Source of the DNA: Leucoraja ocellata
Taxonomy: Eukaryota
Direction: 5' to 3'
Assembly: GCA_036785375.1 (NCBI GenBank)
Contig: JAWMAR010000020.1
Location: 9,052,001-9,116,000 of the forward strand
DNA length: 64,000 nucleotides
Each line of letters starts with the position of its first letter. The stretch's first letter is position 1. Made by a program: the position numbers and the translations under genes. Below the pieces are notes generated by a model that was given only the letters and a program-made list of their open reading frames with translations, ran no database searches and was not told the origin of the DNA. This document shows positions 48,175-60,178 of the stretch, piece by piece.

Positions 48175-48320
48175 TGTAGGAATGTCTAAACTGGTTTAAA
48201 CCAAGATGCTGGTTTAAACCGAAGATAGACACAAAATGCTGGAGCAACTCAACGGGTCAGGCAGCATCTCTGGAGAGAAGGAATGGGAGACTTTTCAGAT
48301 CAAGATCCTTCTCCAGATTC
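48175..48320 (-). mobile_element. Penelope short unit (decayed)
   Basis: gatagacacaaaatgctggag..gcagcatctctggagagaaggaatggg. Confidence 0.8.
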
Positions 48321-48552
48321 AATTTCAGATTCTGTTCATGATTTACTTTTTTTAATCTTGCCAGAGGAATATACTGCAATAAAATCTCAAACTAAATCAG
48401 ATAATAATACTGAAAAGTAAAGGGAGTCTTATGTTGCTACTTTTTCCAACTGTTCCCAATGCTTCGCAAAGATTTATGATGATCGGTGCCAGTGAGGAGA
48501 GATTTGCCTGGTAGCTCAGTTTATGTAGAAGCAGTAGGGGCCCCAGAATGTT

Positions 48553-48767
48553 TAGGAGGGAACTGCAAATGCTGGTTTACATCGAAGATGGACGCACAAT
48601 GCTGGAGTAACTCAGCGGGACAGGCAGCATCTCTGGAGAGAAGGAATGGGTGATGTTTCGGGTTGAGACCCTCCAGACGTCTTCAGTCTGAAGAAGGGTC
48701 CCGTGCCGAAATGTCGTTCATTCCTTCACAGCGGGCTGTGTTACTCCAGCATTTTGTATCTGTCTTC
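48553..48767. mobile_element. Penelope-derived inverted pair, about 15-bp TSD
   Basis: Pivot cttcag-t-ctgaag; flanks gggccccagaatgtt (48538-48552) and gggcccaggaatgtt (48768-48782). Confidence 0.82.
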
Positions 48768-49054
48768 GGGCCCAGGAATGTTGTTGGCTTCTTTCTGTAG
48801 GTGGGGGCCAACCAATGTATTGTTTGTGTTGTGCAAAGCTAGCATCTCCATTTGGTCATTCAGGGACAACTCATCCAAAACCAACACGAAAGATTCAAGT
48901 GCAAGTTACATTCATCACCCATTAGGTTTGTTTAATCTATTGCATCTGTTTAAAAGCAATCATACTGGAGACAAAGCATAAGGATGGTCATGTGTTCGCA
49001 CTGAGATCATCACCATGATAAATTCCCTCACATTGTGCCAGTTGGCAAGTCTCT

Positions 49055-49460
49055 CGTAGAGTCATACAGAGTGGAAACGGGCCCTTCGGTCCAACTTGCC
49101 CACACATGTCCCACCTACACTAATCCCACCTGCCTGCATTTGGCCCATATCCCTCTAAACCTCTCCCATCCATGTACCTGTCCAATTGTTTCTTAAACAT
49201 TATGATAATCCCTGCCTCAACTACCTCCTCTGGCAGCTTGTTCCATACACCCACCACCCTTTTGTGTGAAAAAGTTATCTCTCAGATTCCTATTAAACCA
49301 TTTCCCCTTCACCTTAACCCTATTCAGCCAGCTAGTGCTGGCTCGAAGGGCCGAATGGCTTACTCCTGCACCTAGTGTCTATTGTCTATATCCTCTGGTT
49401 CACAATAGCCCCATACTCTGAACCAGGGACTCTGTCCATCTACCTGATTTATTCCTCTCT
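49055..49460 (-). mobile_element. CR1 3' fragment with a short plus-strand CR1 tail inserted (about 49335-49390)
   Basis: Reverse-complement CR1 motifs. Confidence 0.85.
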
Positions 49461-50006
49461 GGGGCTTCTTAAAATTGGGCTGCTTTTATTTTGGGTGCTA
49501 GAAAGCTCACTGAAGTGCTTAAACTAGACTTTCAGCGAATCCAATGGGCAAATTTAACATGCATGATATACACACACATTTGCAGAAAGGCGAGGAAATG
49601 AACACTTCAGGAAACAAATCGAATTTCGCTCAGTATTTGTGTCGGGGTTGCCGATTACAGAAACTCAGCTGTAAACGTCCTTTCTTTTCACCTTTTGAAG
49701 ATGAAATCTGATTGCATGATGACAACACGGAGCTGAAGTAAATCAGCACAATAAAACACAGCTTACTGACGACGATTCTATAGAGAATACAAAAACACCG
49801 CAAATAAAATTTCCAAAAGTGTGCATTGTGTTGGAAACGGAATAACTACACTGCACTCATCAGTTTCTTTTGTTGAAAGCAGGGGTTAAACAGGCACATT
49901 AACCATTCTGTCGTGACAGGTGAGCTTGCTCTTGTTTGCAAAATGTTGAAAGGCATTGAAAAGATGTGCACTCTGCTCTGTTTCCTGTTTGTTTTGTGCA
50001 CTCCAG

Positions 50007-50132
50007 CTCAATCCAAACACAATTCAAACCGTGCAGGTGCGCTGGGACTCTGAAGCTAAAGAGCTTGTTTGGGCCAAAACAATTACATTTGGGTTTACAG
50101 ATGAAGAAACTGTTGCATGGGGTACATACATG
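50007..50132 (+). CDS. Candidate internal coding exon of an unidentified gene (126 nt)
   Basis: Long pyrimidine tract ..ctgtttcctgtttgttttgtgcactccag, strong donor ATG|gtatgt; phase-0 translation LNPNTIQTVQVRWDSEAKELVWAKTITFGFTDEETVAWGTYM; a second frame is also open. Confidence 0.45.
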
Positions 50133-50204
50133 GTATGTCCATGGTGTCATCTGCCTCTGTGTTTTGAATACAAAATTTAATGAGCACAATACTCCACAGA
50201 AGAA

Positions 50205-50320
50205 GTGTCTGAAGAAGAGACTCGATCCAAAACGTCACCCATTCCTTCTCTCCAGAGATGCTGCCTGTCCCACTGAGTTACTCCAGCTTTTTGTGCCTAT
50301 CTTCGGTTTAAACCAGCATT
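50205..50320 (+). mobile_element. Penelope short unit
   Basis: gtctgaagaagagactcgatccaaaacgtcacc. Confidence 0.82.
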
Positions 50321-50329
50321 CTACACTCT

Positions 50330-50815
50330 ACATCCAGAGGTGTTTTACGAGAATGATCCCAGGAATGCTTGGGTTAACACATGATGAGTGTTTGACGGCA
50401 CTGGGCCTGCACTCGCTGGAGTTTAGAAGGATGAGGGGGCACCTCATTGAAACTTAATAAATAGTGAAAGGCCTGGATAGCGTGGATGTGGAGAGGATGT
50501 TTCCACTAGTGAGAGAGTCGAGGACCAGAGGCAACAGCTTCAGAATAAAAGTATGTACCTTTAGAAAGGAGATGAGGAGGATTTTTTTTCATCAGAGGGT
50601 GGCAAATCTGTGGAATTCATTGCCACAGTAGACTGTGGATGCCAAGTCGTTTTAAAGTAATTTTAAAGCAGAGATTGACTGATTCTTGATTAATAAGGGT
50701 GTCAGGTGTATGGGGTGAAGAGAAGAGAATGGGGTTGAGAGGGAAAAATACATCAGCCATGATTGAATGACGGAGTAGACTTGATGGGCCAAATGGCCTA
50801 ATTCTGCTCTATAAA
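50330..50815 (+). mobile_element. CR1 LINE 3' fragment
   Basis: QR.FTRMIPGM.GL..DE.L.ALGLHSLEFRRMRG.LIET and tail. Confidence 0.9.
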
Positions 50816-50949
50816 ACATGAAAATATAAAATTGAGGCATATTTTCGCCTGGCATGGAATTAGAGGGCTAAATGGCCTCATTCCGTGGCACAAGTTTCTA
50901 CGATTCTACCATACGTTACAACATTGTGGGTTTAGTGCATAGAACTAAT

Positions 50950-51900
50950 AGAGCGGTACGGGGGTGCACCGGCAGAGTGACCCGGGTTCGATCCCGACTA
51001 TGGGTCCTGTCTGTACGGAGTTTGTACTTTCTGCCCGTGACTGCGTGGGATTTCTCTGACATCTTCGTTTTCCTCCCACACTCCAAAGATGGTCAAATTT
51101 GTGGATTAATAGAATAGAATGCCTTTTATTGTCATTCAAACGGCTTGGTTTGAACAAAATTGCATTTTCTACAGTCTTACATTCCAAAAAAAAATCCAAG
51201 ACCCACACTTAGCAGTTTACATAAACATCCATCACAGTGAATCTCCAACATCTCCTCACTGTGATGGAAGGCAAAGTCTTATCTCTTCCCTTTGTTCTTC
51301 TCCCGCGGTCCAGCAGTCCAACTGCAGCGTTGAGGCGAACTGGGGCTCCGATGTTAAAGCCCCTAGCGGACGATGGTAAGTCCTGTGGCCGTTTTAAGCC
51401 ACGCCGGGCGATGTTAGGCCCCGCTCCGAGTCCTTTAAACCCCGCGATTCCAGTGGGAGAAGTTGCCGTTGCGGGAGTTCGGGAAAGCTGTCTCCCACCA
51501 GAGACCTGCGAGCTCCCGATGTTCCTGTCCACCGGGCCTGCGGCCGGAGCCTCCGAAGTTCCGAAGTCGGGTCGCAGCCGTGTGCCACCACAGCTCTTCC
51601 CGCTCCGAAGTCGGACAGCTCCGCGATGTCAGGTCCGCAGGCTCCGCAACTGGAGCCCTCAGGCTAGTCCCAGCCGGAGGCCGCCACAGACTCCTCGATG
51701 TTAGGCCCAACGACAACGGAGACCCGACAGGGAAAAGGTCGGGTCCCCGTGCAGGGAAGAGATTAATTGGCTTGGTATAAGTATAAATTGTCTCTAGTGT
51801 GTGTGGGGTACCGTTAATGTGCATGGGTCGCTGGTCAGCGTGGACTTGGTGGGCCGAAGGGCCTGTTTCCATGCTGTATCACTAAACTAAACTAAACTAA
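50950..51900 (+). mobile_element. V-SINE split by a 650-bp CpG-rich minus-strand retroposed segment (about 51110-51760)
   Basis: SINE 5' half ends at about 51110, 3' half starts at about 51761; gattaat on both sides; insert ends gacaataaaaggca(ttcta)n on the minus strand. Confidence 0.8.
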
Positions 51901-52654
51901 ATAGAGCACAAATTTCTTTCCCGTTTTGTTTCATTCCATGGGTTAGTTGTCAGATTCAGAGGGAGGAGTGCCAATAAAAAACCAGCACCAGAATAGCCCT
52001 ATTCCCATTTTCTACCAAGAATCTTGCTCGGATCCATAGTCTTATAATTGCATCATGAATAAATTGTGACAGCCAGGTCATTTGTATGACAAGACTAGTC
52101 ATTGGACTAATGTGCTTCAGTCAGAATTAGATGTAAAAGTATTGTGCTCTGAAAATTCTCGTCTGAAGCTGGGGGAAAGACAACCTGTCTAAGGAGATCA
52201 TTTGAAGTTATTCTGAGAGGAGCTTGTTATAAAATGTGTTTACCTGAGCCAGACACTGAACACATCCTTCATGGTGACATATCTTTTCCTATCAGACGTG
52301 TGTGTAAATATATGCTTTACGTTGACCATAAGAATGACTGATCAAAGTGGAGTTACTGATTTTCTTCGACGTCTGGAGTCTATATAAACTGGTTGCCGTG
52401 TGTAAATGTCAGTAATATTTAAATACTGTATTACTGATTGTCCACTCTGTGCATTAGCTGCAATCAACTGCGTTAATATGGACAGTGCAGTATATAGCAA
52501 GAAATTTCAGTCAAAGTGGCAAAAGTACACTATCAAAGTGGTCAGGCTAATTATTCTAATGGAGATGTTCGAGTGATAGCTGAAAGCAAATGGATATTTT
52601 ACAATAATTGTGTTTGTATTTTTCTTCATATTTATCACAAAACTGTCTCGGTTC

Positions 52655-52977
52655 TCAGTTTACTTTAGTTTAGAGGTACAGCGCGGAAACAGGCCCTTCG
52701 GCCCACCGAGTCCGCCCCGACCAGCGACCATCTCCCCCTACATTAACACTACCCTACACACACTAGGGACAATTTACATACGTATACCAAACCAATTAAC
52801 CTACAAACCTCTACATCTTTGGAGTGTGGGAGGAAACCGAAGATCTCAGAGAAAACCAACGCAGGCCACGGGGAGAACGTACAAACTCCGTACAGACAGC
52901 ACCCGTAGTCGGGATCGAACCCGGGTCTCCGGCGCTGCAAACGCTGGAAGGCAGCAACTCTGCCGCTGCGCCACCGT
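52655..52977 (-). mobile_element. V-SINE, full length (variant head)
   Basis: Full body; 9-nt cagc duplication in the head. Confidence 0.94.
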
Positions 52978-53067
52978 TACTTGAGGGTTAGGGCTTCTTT
53001 TTAGCATCTTAGGTTGTTTTTGCAATGCTAAACCTCGAATAAACTTAAACTGTTCTTGCAATTGTTG

Positions 53068-53790
53068 CAAACCAGGGCAGGACCTATACAGTAAATGGTG
53101 GGACCGTGGGGTGGGTTGTAGAGCAGAGGGGTCAGGGAGTGCAGGTACATTGTTCCTTTAAAGTGGCATCAAGGTAGATGGGGTGGTCTAGAGGCTTACA
53201 GTACATTGGCTTCAACAGTCAGCGTATTGAGGAAAGAAGTTGGGATGATATGTCACAGTTGCACAAGACATTGGTGAGGCCGCATTTGGGTTTTTTTAGT
53301 CACCCTGCTCTAGGAGGGATGTTGTTAAGCTAGAAAGAGTGCAGAGAATATTTATGAGGATGTTGCCAGCGCTAAAGGGCCTGAGCTATAGGGAGAGGCT
53401 GGGTAGGCTTGGATTTTATTCCTTGGAGTGCAGGTGAATGAAGATGTCATATTCAGGTATGGAAGATCATGGGGGAAACAGATAGGGTGAATGCTCAGTC
53501 TTTTACCCAGAGCAGGGGAATCAAGATCAGAGGTTTAAGGTGAGAGGGGAAACTTGTAGTAGGAACCTGCAGATCAACGTTTTCACATAGAGAGGGTGGT
53601 GGATGTATGGAACCAGCCACCAGACAAGGTAGTTGAGGCAAGAGACATTTGGACAGTTACATAGACACGAAAGGTTTAGAGGGAAATGGACAAAAAGTGG
53701 GCAAAATGGGACTAGTGTGGATGGGGCATCTTGGTCGGCATGGGCAAGATGGGCTGCAAGGCCTGTTTCCGTGCACTGTGACCCCCATGA
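53068..53790 (+). mobile_element. Older CR1 LINE 3' part
   Basis: Decayed LVRPHL, LERVQR, LSYRERLGRLG.YSLE motifs and tail. Confidence 0.85.
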
Positions 53791-54134
53791 GTCGAAGTAT
53801 CTCATGCTGTTCCACATATAAAACTGGTGCCAATTCACAGAAACATTTAGTCTGGGAGAAATGCTGTGATAATATAAATTCCAAACCTTGTAATGAACAT
53901 CGTGCTTTGTAATTTGACCGATAATTAAAGTTTGCGACTTTGTACATCGCAAACGGTCTCTTTTCTTGATGTGTAAACATAATTGATGCCTTTTGAAACT
54001 CTCACTTTAAAGGAAAGCATTGTTGACTTTAGCATTGATCAAAGCTGGGAAAATACTGAATAATTTTGAGATGTGAAAAGATAATAGTTGTTTTCATCTT
54101 TTATTCTCATAGTCACAGAAAGCAGGAAGTTAGG

Positions 54135-54645
54135 AAACAACACAGAAACAGGCCCTTCACCCCAACGCCCATGTCAAGCAAGGTACCCCGTCTAAGTGGG
54201 TCCCATTTGACCTTTCGGGTTCATATTTTTCTAAACCTTCCTATTCATGTACCTGTCTAAGTGTCTTTTCATTGTTATAATTGTTCCTGCCTTAATTACC
54301 ACTTCTAGCAGCTCATTCCATATACCCACCACCCTCTGAGTGAAAAAGTGGCCACTCAGGTTCCAGTTGCATCTATCTACTCTTATCTTAAACCTATGTC
54401 CTCCGGTTCCTAATTCTTCTATCTTGGTTTAATGATTGTGTGCATTCACCCGAGCAGTTCACCTCTTAATCTGTCCACCTCTATAAGATCACCTACAAGA
54501 GCCTCCTGTGCTCGAAGGAATAAAGTCTGTGGTTGCCCAATCTCTCCCTAAGTCCCGGGAACATCCTCGTAATTCTTCTTTGCACTCTTTCCAGCTTAAT
54601 GTTATCCTTCCTATAGCAGGGTTGTCAAACCTGAACACAATACTC
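54135..54645 (-). mobile_element. Older CR1 LINE 3' part
   Basis: Reverse-complement CR1 motifs. Confidence 0.8.
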
Positions 54646-54677
54646 AGTTCAGTTCAGTTCAGTTCAGTTTAGTGTCA

Positions 54678-55444
54678 CATAGAAACATAGAAATTAGGTG
54701 CAGGAGTAGGCCATTCGGCCCTTCGAGCCTGCACCGCCATTCAATATGATCATGGCTGATCATCCAACTCAGTATCCCGTACCTGCCATCTCTCCATACC
54801 CCCTGATCCCCTTAGCCACAAGGGCCACATCTAACTCCCTCTTAAATATAGCCAATGAACTGGCCTCAACTACACTCTGTGGCAGAGAGTTCCAGAGATT
54901 CACCACTCTCTGCGTGAAAAAAGTTCTTCTCATCTCGGTTTTAAAGGATTTCCCCTTTATCCTTAAGCTGTGACCCCTTGTCCTGGACTTCCCTAACATC
55001 GGGAACAATCTTCCTGCATCTAGCCTGTCCAACCCCTTAAGAATTTTGTAAGTTTCTATAAGATCCCCTCTCAATCTTCTAAATTCTAGAGAGTATAAAC
55101 CAAGTCTATCCAGTCTTTCTTCATAAGACAGTCCTGACATCCCAGGAATCAGTCTGGTGAACCGTCTCTGCACTCCCTCTATGGCAATAATGTCCTTCCT
55201 CAGATTTGGAGACCAAAACTGTACGCAATACTCCAGGTGTGGTCTCACCAAGACCCTGTACAACTGCAGTAGAACCTCTCTGCTCCTATACTCAAATCCT
55301 TTTGCAATGAAAGCTAACATACCATTCGCTTTCTTTACTGCCTGCTGCACCTGCATGCCTACCTTCAATGACTGGTGTACCATGACACCCAGGTCTCGCT
55401 GCATCTCCCCCTTTCCCAATCGGCCACCATTTAGATAATAAATC
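54678..55444 (-). mobile_element. Young 5'-truncated CR1 LINE with uninterrupted 225-aa ORF2 C-terminus, inserted in a Rex tail (55445-55620)
   Basis: ORF 54769-55446 RDLGV..KKANGML..LVRPHLEYCVQFWSP..RRLRGDLIETYK; (TTTCTATG)n tail. Confidence 0.96.
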
Positions 55445-55949
55445 ACGTGTGCCGTGGTACAATGAAAAGCTTTTGTTGCGTGCTAACCAGTCAGCAGAAA
55501 GATAAAACATGATTACAATCGAACTATTTACAGTCTACAGATATGTGATAAGGGTATTATGTTTAGTGAAAGGTAAAGTCAGCAAAGTCCGATCAAGGAT
55601 AGTCTGAGGGTCACCGATGAGATTAGTAAGGGTATCAAAGGTTATGGGGAGAAGACAGGAGAATGGGATTGAAAGGGAAAAATGGATCAGCTGTGATCGA
55701 ATGGCGGAGTAGACTCCATGTGGGCCAAATGGCCCAATCCTGCACCTATGTCTAATGGTCTTATGTTGGGTCAGATCACACATAGTTCAGACTGGGGATA
55801 GATGCCAGAGCTTTTTGCTGATGGACTTCAGTGAACCAGACCGGCTTTCACAGCAACCCAGAGGTTTTGTGGTCACCATCACGAAAGTCCCCCCCCCTGT
55901 CATTGTACTAGTTTCATTGTCGTCCTGTTCAGTTTCATTGTCCGAATAA

Positions 55950-56182
55950 CTCGTTATCACCTAATCCACAGCCAACAATGGACCATATTGGGCTCCACCT
56001 TTCCTTGATTATTGTTACATTTTGCATATCATTTGTTCTGTATCTCTCTATATCCCCCTTTAAATATCTCTCGTTCCCCTCTCCCCTGACTGAAGAAGGG
56101 TCTCGACCTGAAACGTCACATATTCCTTTTCTCCAGAGATGCTGCCTGACCCGTTGAGTTACTCCAGCTTTCTGTGTCTATC
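55950..56182 (+). mobile_element. Penelope-like 3' UTR with hammerhead unit
   Basis: ctgaagaagggtctcgacctgaaacgtc at about 56090-56117. Confidence 0.88.
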
Positions 56183-56227
56183 ACTATAGTCTAGTTTGTC
56201 TTTTTAAACTTCAGATGGACAGATTCA

Positions 56228-56545
56228 GGGCGGCCCAGTGGCACAGCAGTAGAGTCGTTGCTTTACAGCGCCAGAGATCCGTGTCCAGTCTTGACTATGG
56301 GTGCTGTCTGTATGGAGTTTGTACGTTTTCCCAGTGACCTCGTGGGTTTTCCCATGTGCTCCGGTTTCTTTCCACACTCCAAAGACGTACAGGTTTGTAG
56401 GTTAATTTGGCTTTGGTAAAAATGATACATTGTCCCTAGTGTGTAGGATAGTGCTGGTGTACAAGGATCACTGGTCGGCAGGGACTCGGTGGGCCAAGGG
56501 ACTTGTTTTTGCGCTGAGTCTCTAAACTGAATTAAACTAAACTAA
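56228..56545 (+). mobile_element. V-SINE, full length
   Basis: Head, V-domain, tail. Confidence 0.92.
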
Positions 56546-57227
56546 ATTTGAAGGTAAATTCCAAGCAGCTATGGTGCGATTTAACTTCCTGCCTCCCGAA
56601 TGTTAGTCCACTCCTTTGAATTACGAGGCAAATAAAGTAAATACTGTGCCTATTCCATAGCCTTTAAATAACATGATCACATTGTTAGATTTCTTTTCTG
56701 CACCAATTTTCAACACAAAATAAAACAGAAAAGAAAATGCTTCTGATTTTGAAATAAAATGGATTTTCACAGGTTTAAAAGGGAACGTCACAGACAACAG
56801 TGTTTGGCAGAGTCTGTATAAAGTCAGATACCAACACCATAACCCAGTCCAACCGGGGACAAAAGAAGAATCGATATCCCACACTGGAGGTGCCTAACTA
56901 TCATTCACACCACAGGGAGAGGGAATGGCACTTTGTACTGAGCTCGGCAAGAAGCTACTGTCAAAGAAAGGCAGGATTTGATTAGTAGCTTTCTGACCAA
57001 AGCCCTCAAATTAGGGGGTGGGTCAGGTACCTGTAGTGTTGCTATTGTTACACGCTGTTAGTACATTTCTTTTTTAGAATGTGCTGTGTATTTCTTTCAT
57101 GAGACTATATATATATTTCTAAGCATGCCCAGTATCTTAGACTTTGTACTAAGTAAAGCGGCCATTTTGTTTTTCAAGTGAATGTTCTTCTGCAGTGAAT
57201 TTATATGTATTAGGGCTTAACTTTTCC

Positions 57228-57530
57228 TTTAGAGATGCAGGCCCTTTGGCCTACCGAGTCCACGCTAATCAGCGATCCCCGCACACTAACACTATACTAC
57301 ACGCAAAGGGACAATTTCCAATTTTACCAAGCCAATTAGCCTAAAAAAAGCGTACATCTTTGGAGCACCCGGAGAAAACCACGCAGGTCAAAGGTTTCAA
57401 AGGTCTTTTATTGCCACTTGTACCAATTAAGATACAGTGATATGCAAATTACCATACAGCCATACGAAAGGAAAAGAGCAACAAGACACACAAATACATA
57501 AAAACTAACATCCATTCCCCTACTCTGGGC
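57228..57530 (-). mobile_element. V-SINE 3' half followed by the minus-strand tail of the CpG-rich retroposed family
   Basis: SINE tail and V-domain to about 57390; then reverse complement of a 12900-13050-like tail with (cctttga) repeats. Confidence 0.7.
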
Positions 57531-57751
57531 ATGAGAGTGCCCCCCCTCCCCCATGTTTTGAGAGGTGGGGGAAATCCCCCCCCCCCCCATGTTTTCTTGT
57601 ATGTCGAAACGTAAGTTAGGCCTATTCTCCGGACCCTTTACCCCCCTAAGTGCTCCCACCCACCACGGAAGGAAGCCAGCGCTACGCTCTTCCCAATTAA
57701 GCCAGTGCTAACTGTGATTACCGTATCATGCGTACGCATATACGTGTATAT

Positions 57752-57815
57752 CAGGGATCTCTAAACTATGGCCCGCGGGCCACATCCGGCCCGCCATGAG
57801 ATTTTTTCCGGCCCT
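57752..57815 (+). mobile_element. hAT-Charlie-type left end (orphan)
   Basis: cagggatctctaaactatggcccgcgggccacatccggcccgc resembles Charlie-type termini; no right end seen. Confidence 0.55.
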
Positions 57816-58114
57816 CAGGACAGAGCGGTGTCAGGTAGGAGTTGAGTCGATTTGAGTCGGGGAGCACGGCGGCCCGGAGCTGCTCCTAGTGCTGTTACCG
57901 GGTAGGTCCCTCGAATTGTCAGAGCCGAGACATCTCAGGGCCGCCATGAAGAAGGGAGCAAAGATGGAGAGTGGGTGGTTGTTCGGCGGCGATGGCAGCG
58001 GTCAGAATGGGTCAGCGGCACGTTATAACATCCGATCGTTCCTTTCTGCCCGCTCGCTCTCCCCTCTATGCCGTCTCTCTTTGTGTCCTCTCCATGTTTT
58101 AAAAGCGATTGCCG

Positions 58115-58520
58115 CGACCCCCCCACCATCACAGGATCTACAGAAGCACTGCATCAAAAAGGCAGCCAGCATCATCAGAGACCCACATCACCCTGCCCAC
58201 ATTCTGATTTCTCTCCAACCACCAGGAAGAAGGTACAGGAGTCTGAAAACCTTGACCACAATGTCAAGAATAGCTTCTTCCCGACAAGCATTAGGCTCTT
58301 AAACACTACACAACATTAAACTCATCCATGAATTTCTATGGACTGTCTTCAGTCGCATGAAGGAGTTTGCGTGTTTTGCACTTGCATTGCGGTTATTAAA
58401 GTATTGATTTGATTTTGCTTGTTATACATTAACTGTGTACATTGTGTTTGCAGTCCTGTTAAGCTGCAGGTAAGAGTTTAATTGTTCTACTGTCAGCACA
58501 TATTACTATGCAATGCTCGT
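58115..58520 (+). mobile_element. Rex1/Babar 3' fragment
   Basis: CIKKAASIIRDPHHPAH..GRRYRSLKT..NSFFP.SIRLLN. Confidence 0.85.
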
Positions 58521-58564
58521 GACACCCTATTGACACTCTCTCTTGATCCTCTTCAGACTCAGTG

Positions 58565-58697
58565 GAGAAGGGTGAGGGGGAGGGGGGAGGGGGAGGAGGG
58601 GTGAGGGGGAGGGGTGAGAGGGAGGGGTGAGGGGGAGGGGGGAGGGGGAGGGGTGAGGGGGAGGGGTGAGAGGGAGGGGTGAGAGGGAGGGGTGAGG
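58565..58697 (+). repeat. G-rich (GGGTGA/GGGGGA) low-complexity tandem repeat
   Basis: Many runs of 3-5 G separated by 1-4 nt. Confidence 0.9.
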
Positions 58698-58734
58698 CAG
58701 TGGCGGGCAGGCATTAGGTGGAATGATGTCCCTA

Positions 58735-59250
58735 GTCCGCACCGACCAGTGTAACACTGCCCTACACACCCTAGGGACAATTTTATACTTCTTCTAAGCC
58801 AATTAACCAACAATGTCTTTGGAGTGTGGGAGGAAACCGATAATCTCGGAGAGAACCCACGCGATCACGGGGAGAAAGTACAAACTCCGTACAGACAGCG
58901 CCCGTAGCCGGGATCGAACCCGGGTCTCTGGAGCTGCTACCGCTACACCACCTGTTCACGTATCCCTGTTTTGCATTCTTGTATTGTTCAGTGTTGTCAC
59001 CCACCAAGCTGTACGGTGTACAGTCGCGGTGGCGCAGCGGTATAGTTGCTGCCTTCCAGCAAAATGCAGCGCCAGAGACCCGGGTTGGACCCCGACTACG
59101 GGCGCTGTTTGTACGGAGTTTGTACGTTCTCCCCGTGACCTGCGTGAGTTTTCTCCGAGATCTTCGATTTCCTCCCACATTCCAAAGACGTACAAGTTTG
59201 TAGGTGAATTGGCTTGGTAAATGTAAACATTGTCCAGTATAAAATTGCCC
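58735..59250. mobile_element. Two divergently oriented V-SINEs (minus 58735-58950, plus 59023-59250)
   Basis: Reverse-complement V-domains about 80 bp apart. Confidence 0.85.
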
Positions 59251-60178
59251 AACTTCCAGTATCGTCCCTGGTGGACTCTTCGGAAGGTACAAGGTACAAC
59301 TTGGCTACGTGATTTTATTCTCTCCCTGACTTAATCTTCCGTGCATTCCGTGCCCGCGACTCGTTCACCATCACTTGGGTTCATTGTTCACTCAGCATCA
59401 TGCAGCCAGTCCTTTGGTTTTGTAGTAACTCCCCCCCTACTGTTTGGTCCCTCTGTCTGCCATTTAAATGCTGACAATGACTCTTTTCTACGGGGTGAGA
59501 GATACGTGCAGACCACTCTCGGCAGACACAATCGTTATTTGTTTCCAGACTCCCACAAAATGTGCAAAATATCAGCATTTTCAAGCCAGTGGCTTAACTG
59601 TGAGAGGTGGGGGGCGGAGAGGGGGGGAGAGGGAAAGGCGGTTTCCATCTGTTGAACTTTTGAGTCCTGTTCAGAATCCATGCATCACGTCTCAGAGTGT
59701 GGGTCGTAGTCTGATGCTTGTCGAATGTCACGTAGAAAGCTACCCAAGTGGGGGTGCGTCCACGCACATAAACCAAGCGCCGTTTCTTTATCAGTTGCTA
59801 AATGAACTGCTATGGATTTGCAGTCAAATCTCACGTTCACATTTCAGCTTTGCACCACCACTGCTTCACACAGTTTTTCATCAATCACCTCACACTCTTT
59901 CCCTTTGCAATCATTTTTGCTCACTATGTGCGTTTTATTATAAGGGATTGATATGCTGCTCTAGAATTACAAACTTTAGTTACTAGTATTCATATATATC
60001 ACCAAACCTTGCTGCAAAATATTTATTTTTGTTTTAAACTTTAGACTTTAGAGATATATGGACTAGGCAAACGAAGAAGGTACATCAACACGTTTTGGTC
60101 TTTTTTTTGTGTTTCTTTTTATTATTTTTCGTTTTTGTTTTTTTATTTTTTTGTAAGTTTTTACAGATACCTCTAAAC

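Noticed and set aside
51209-51872. Overlapping 100-155 aa ORFs on both strands
   Set aside because: High GC suppresses stop codons; the segment is a repeat insertion inside a SINE with no domain-like content
56772-56889. Possible plus-strand exon (LKGNVTDNSVWQSLYK...)
   Set aside because: Poor acceptor tract and weak donor (gtgcct)
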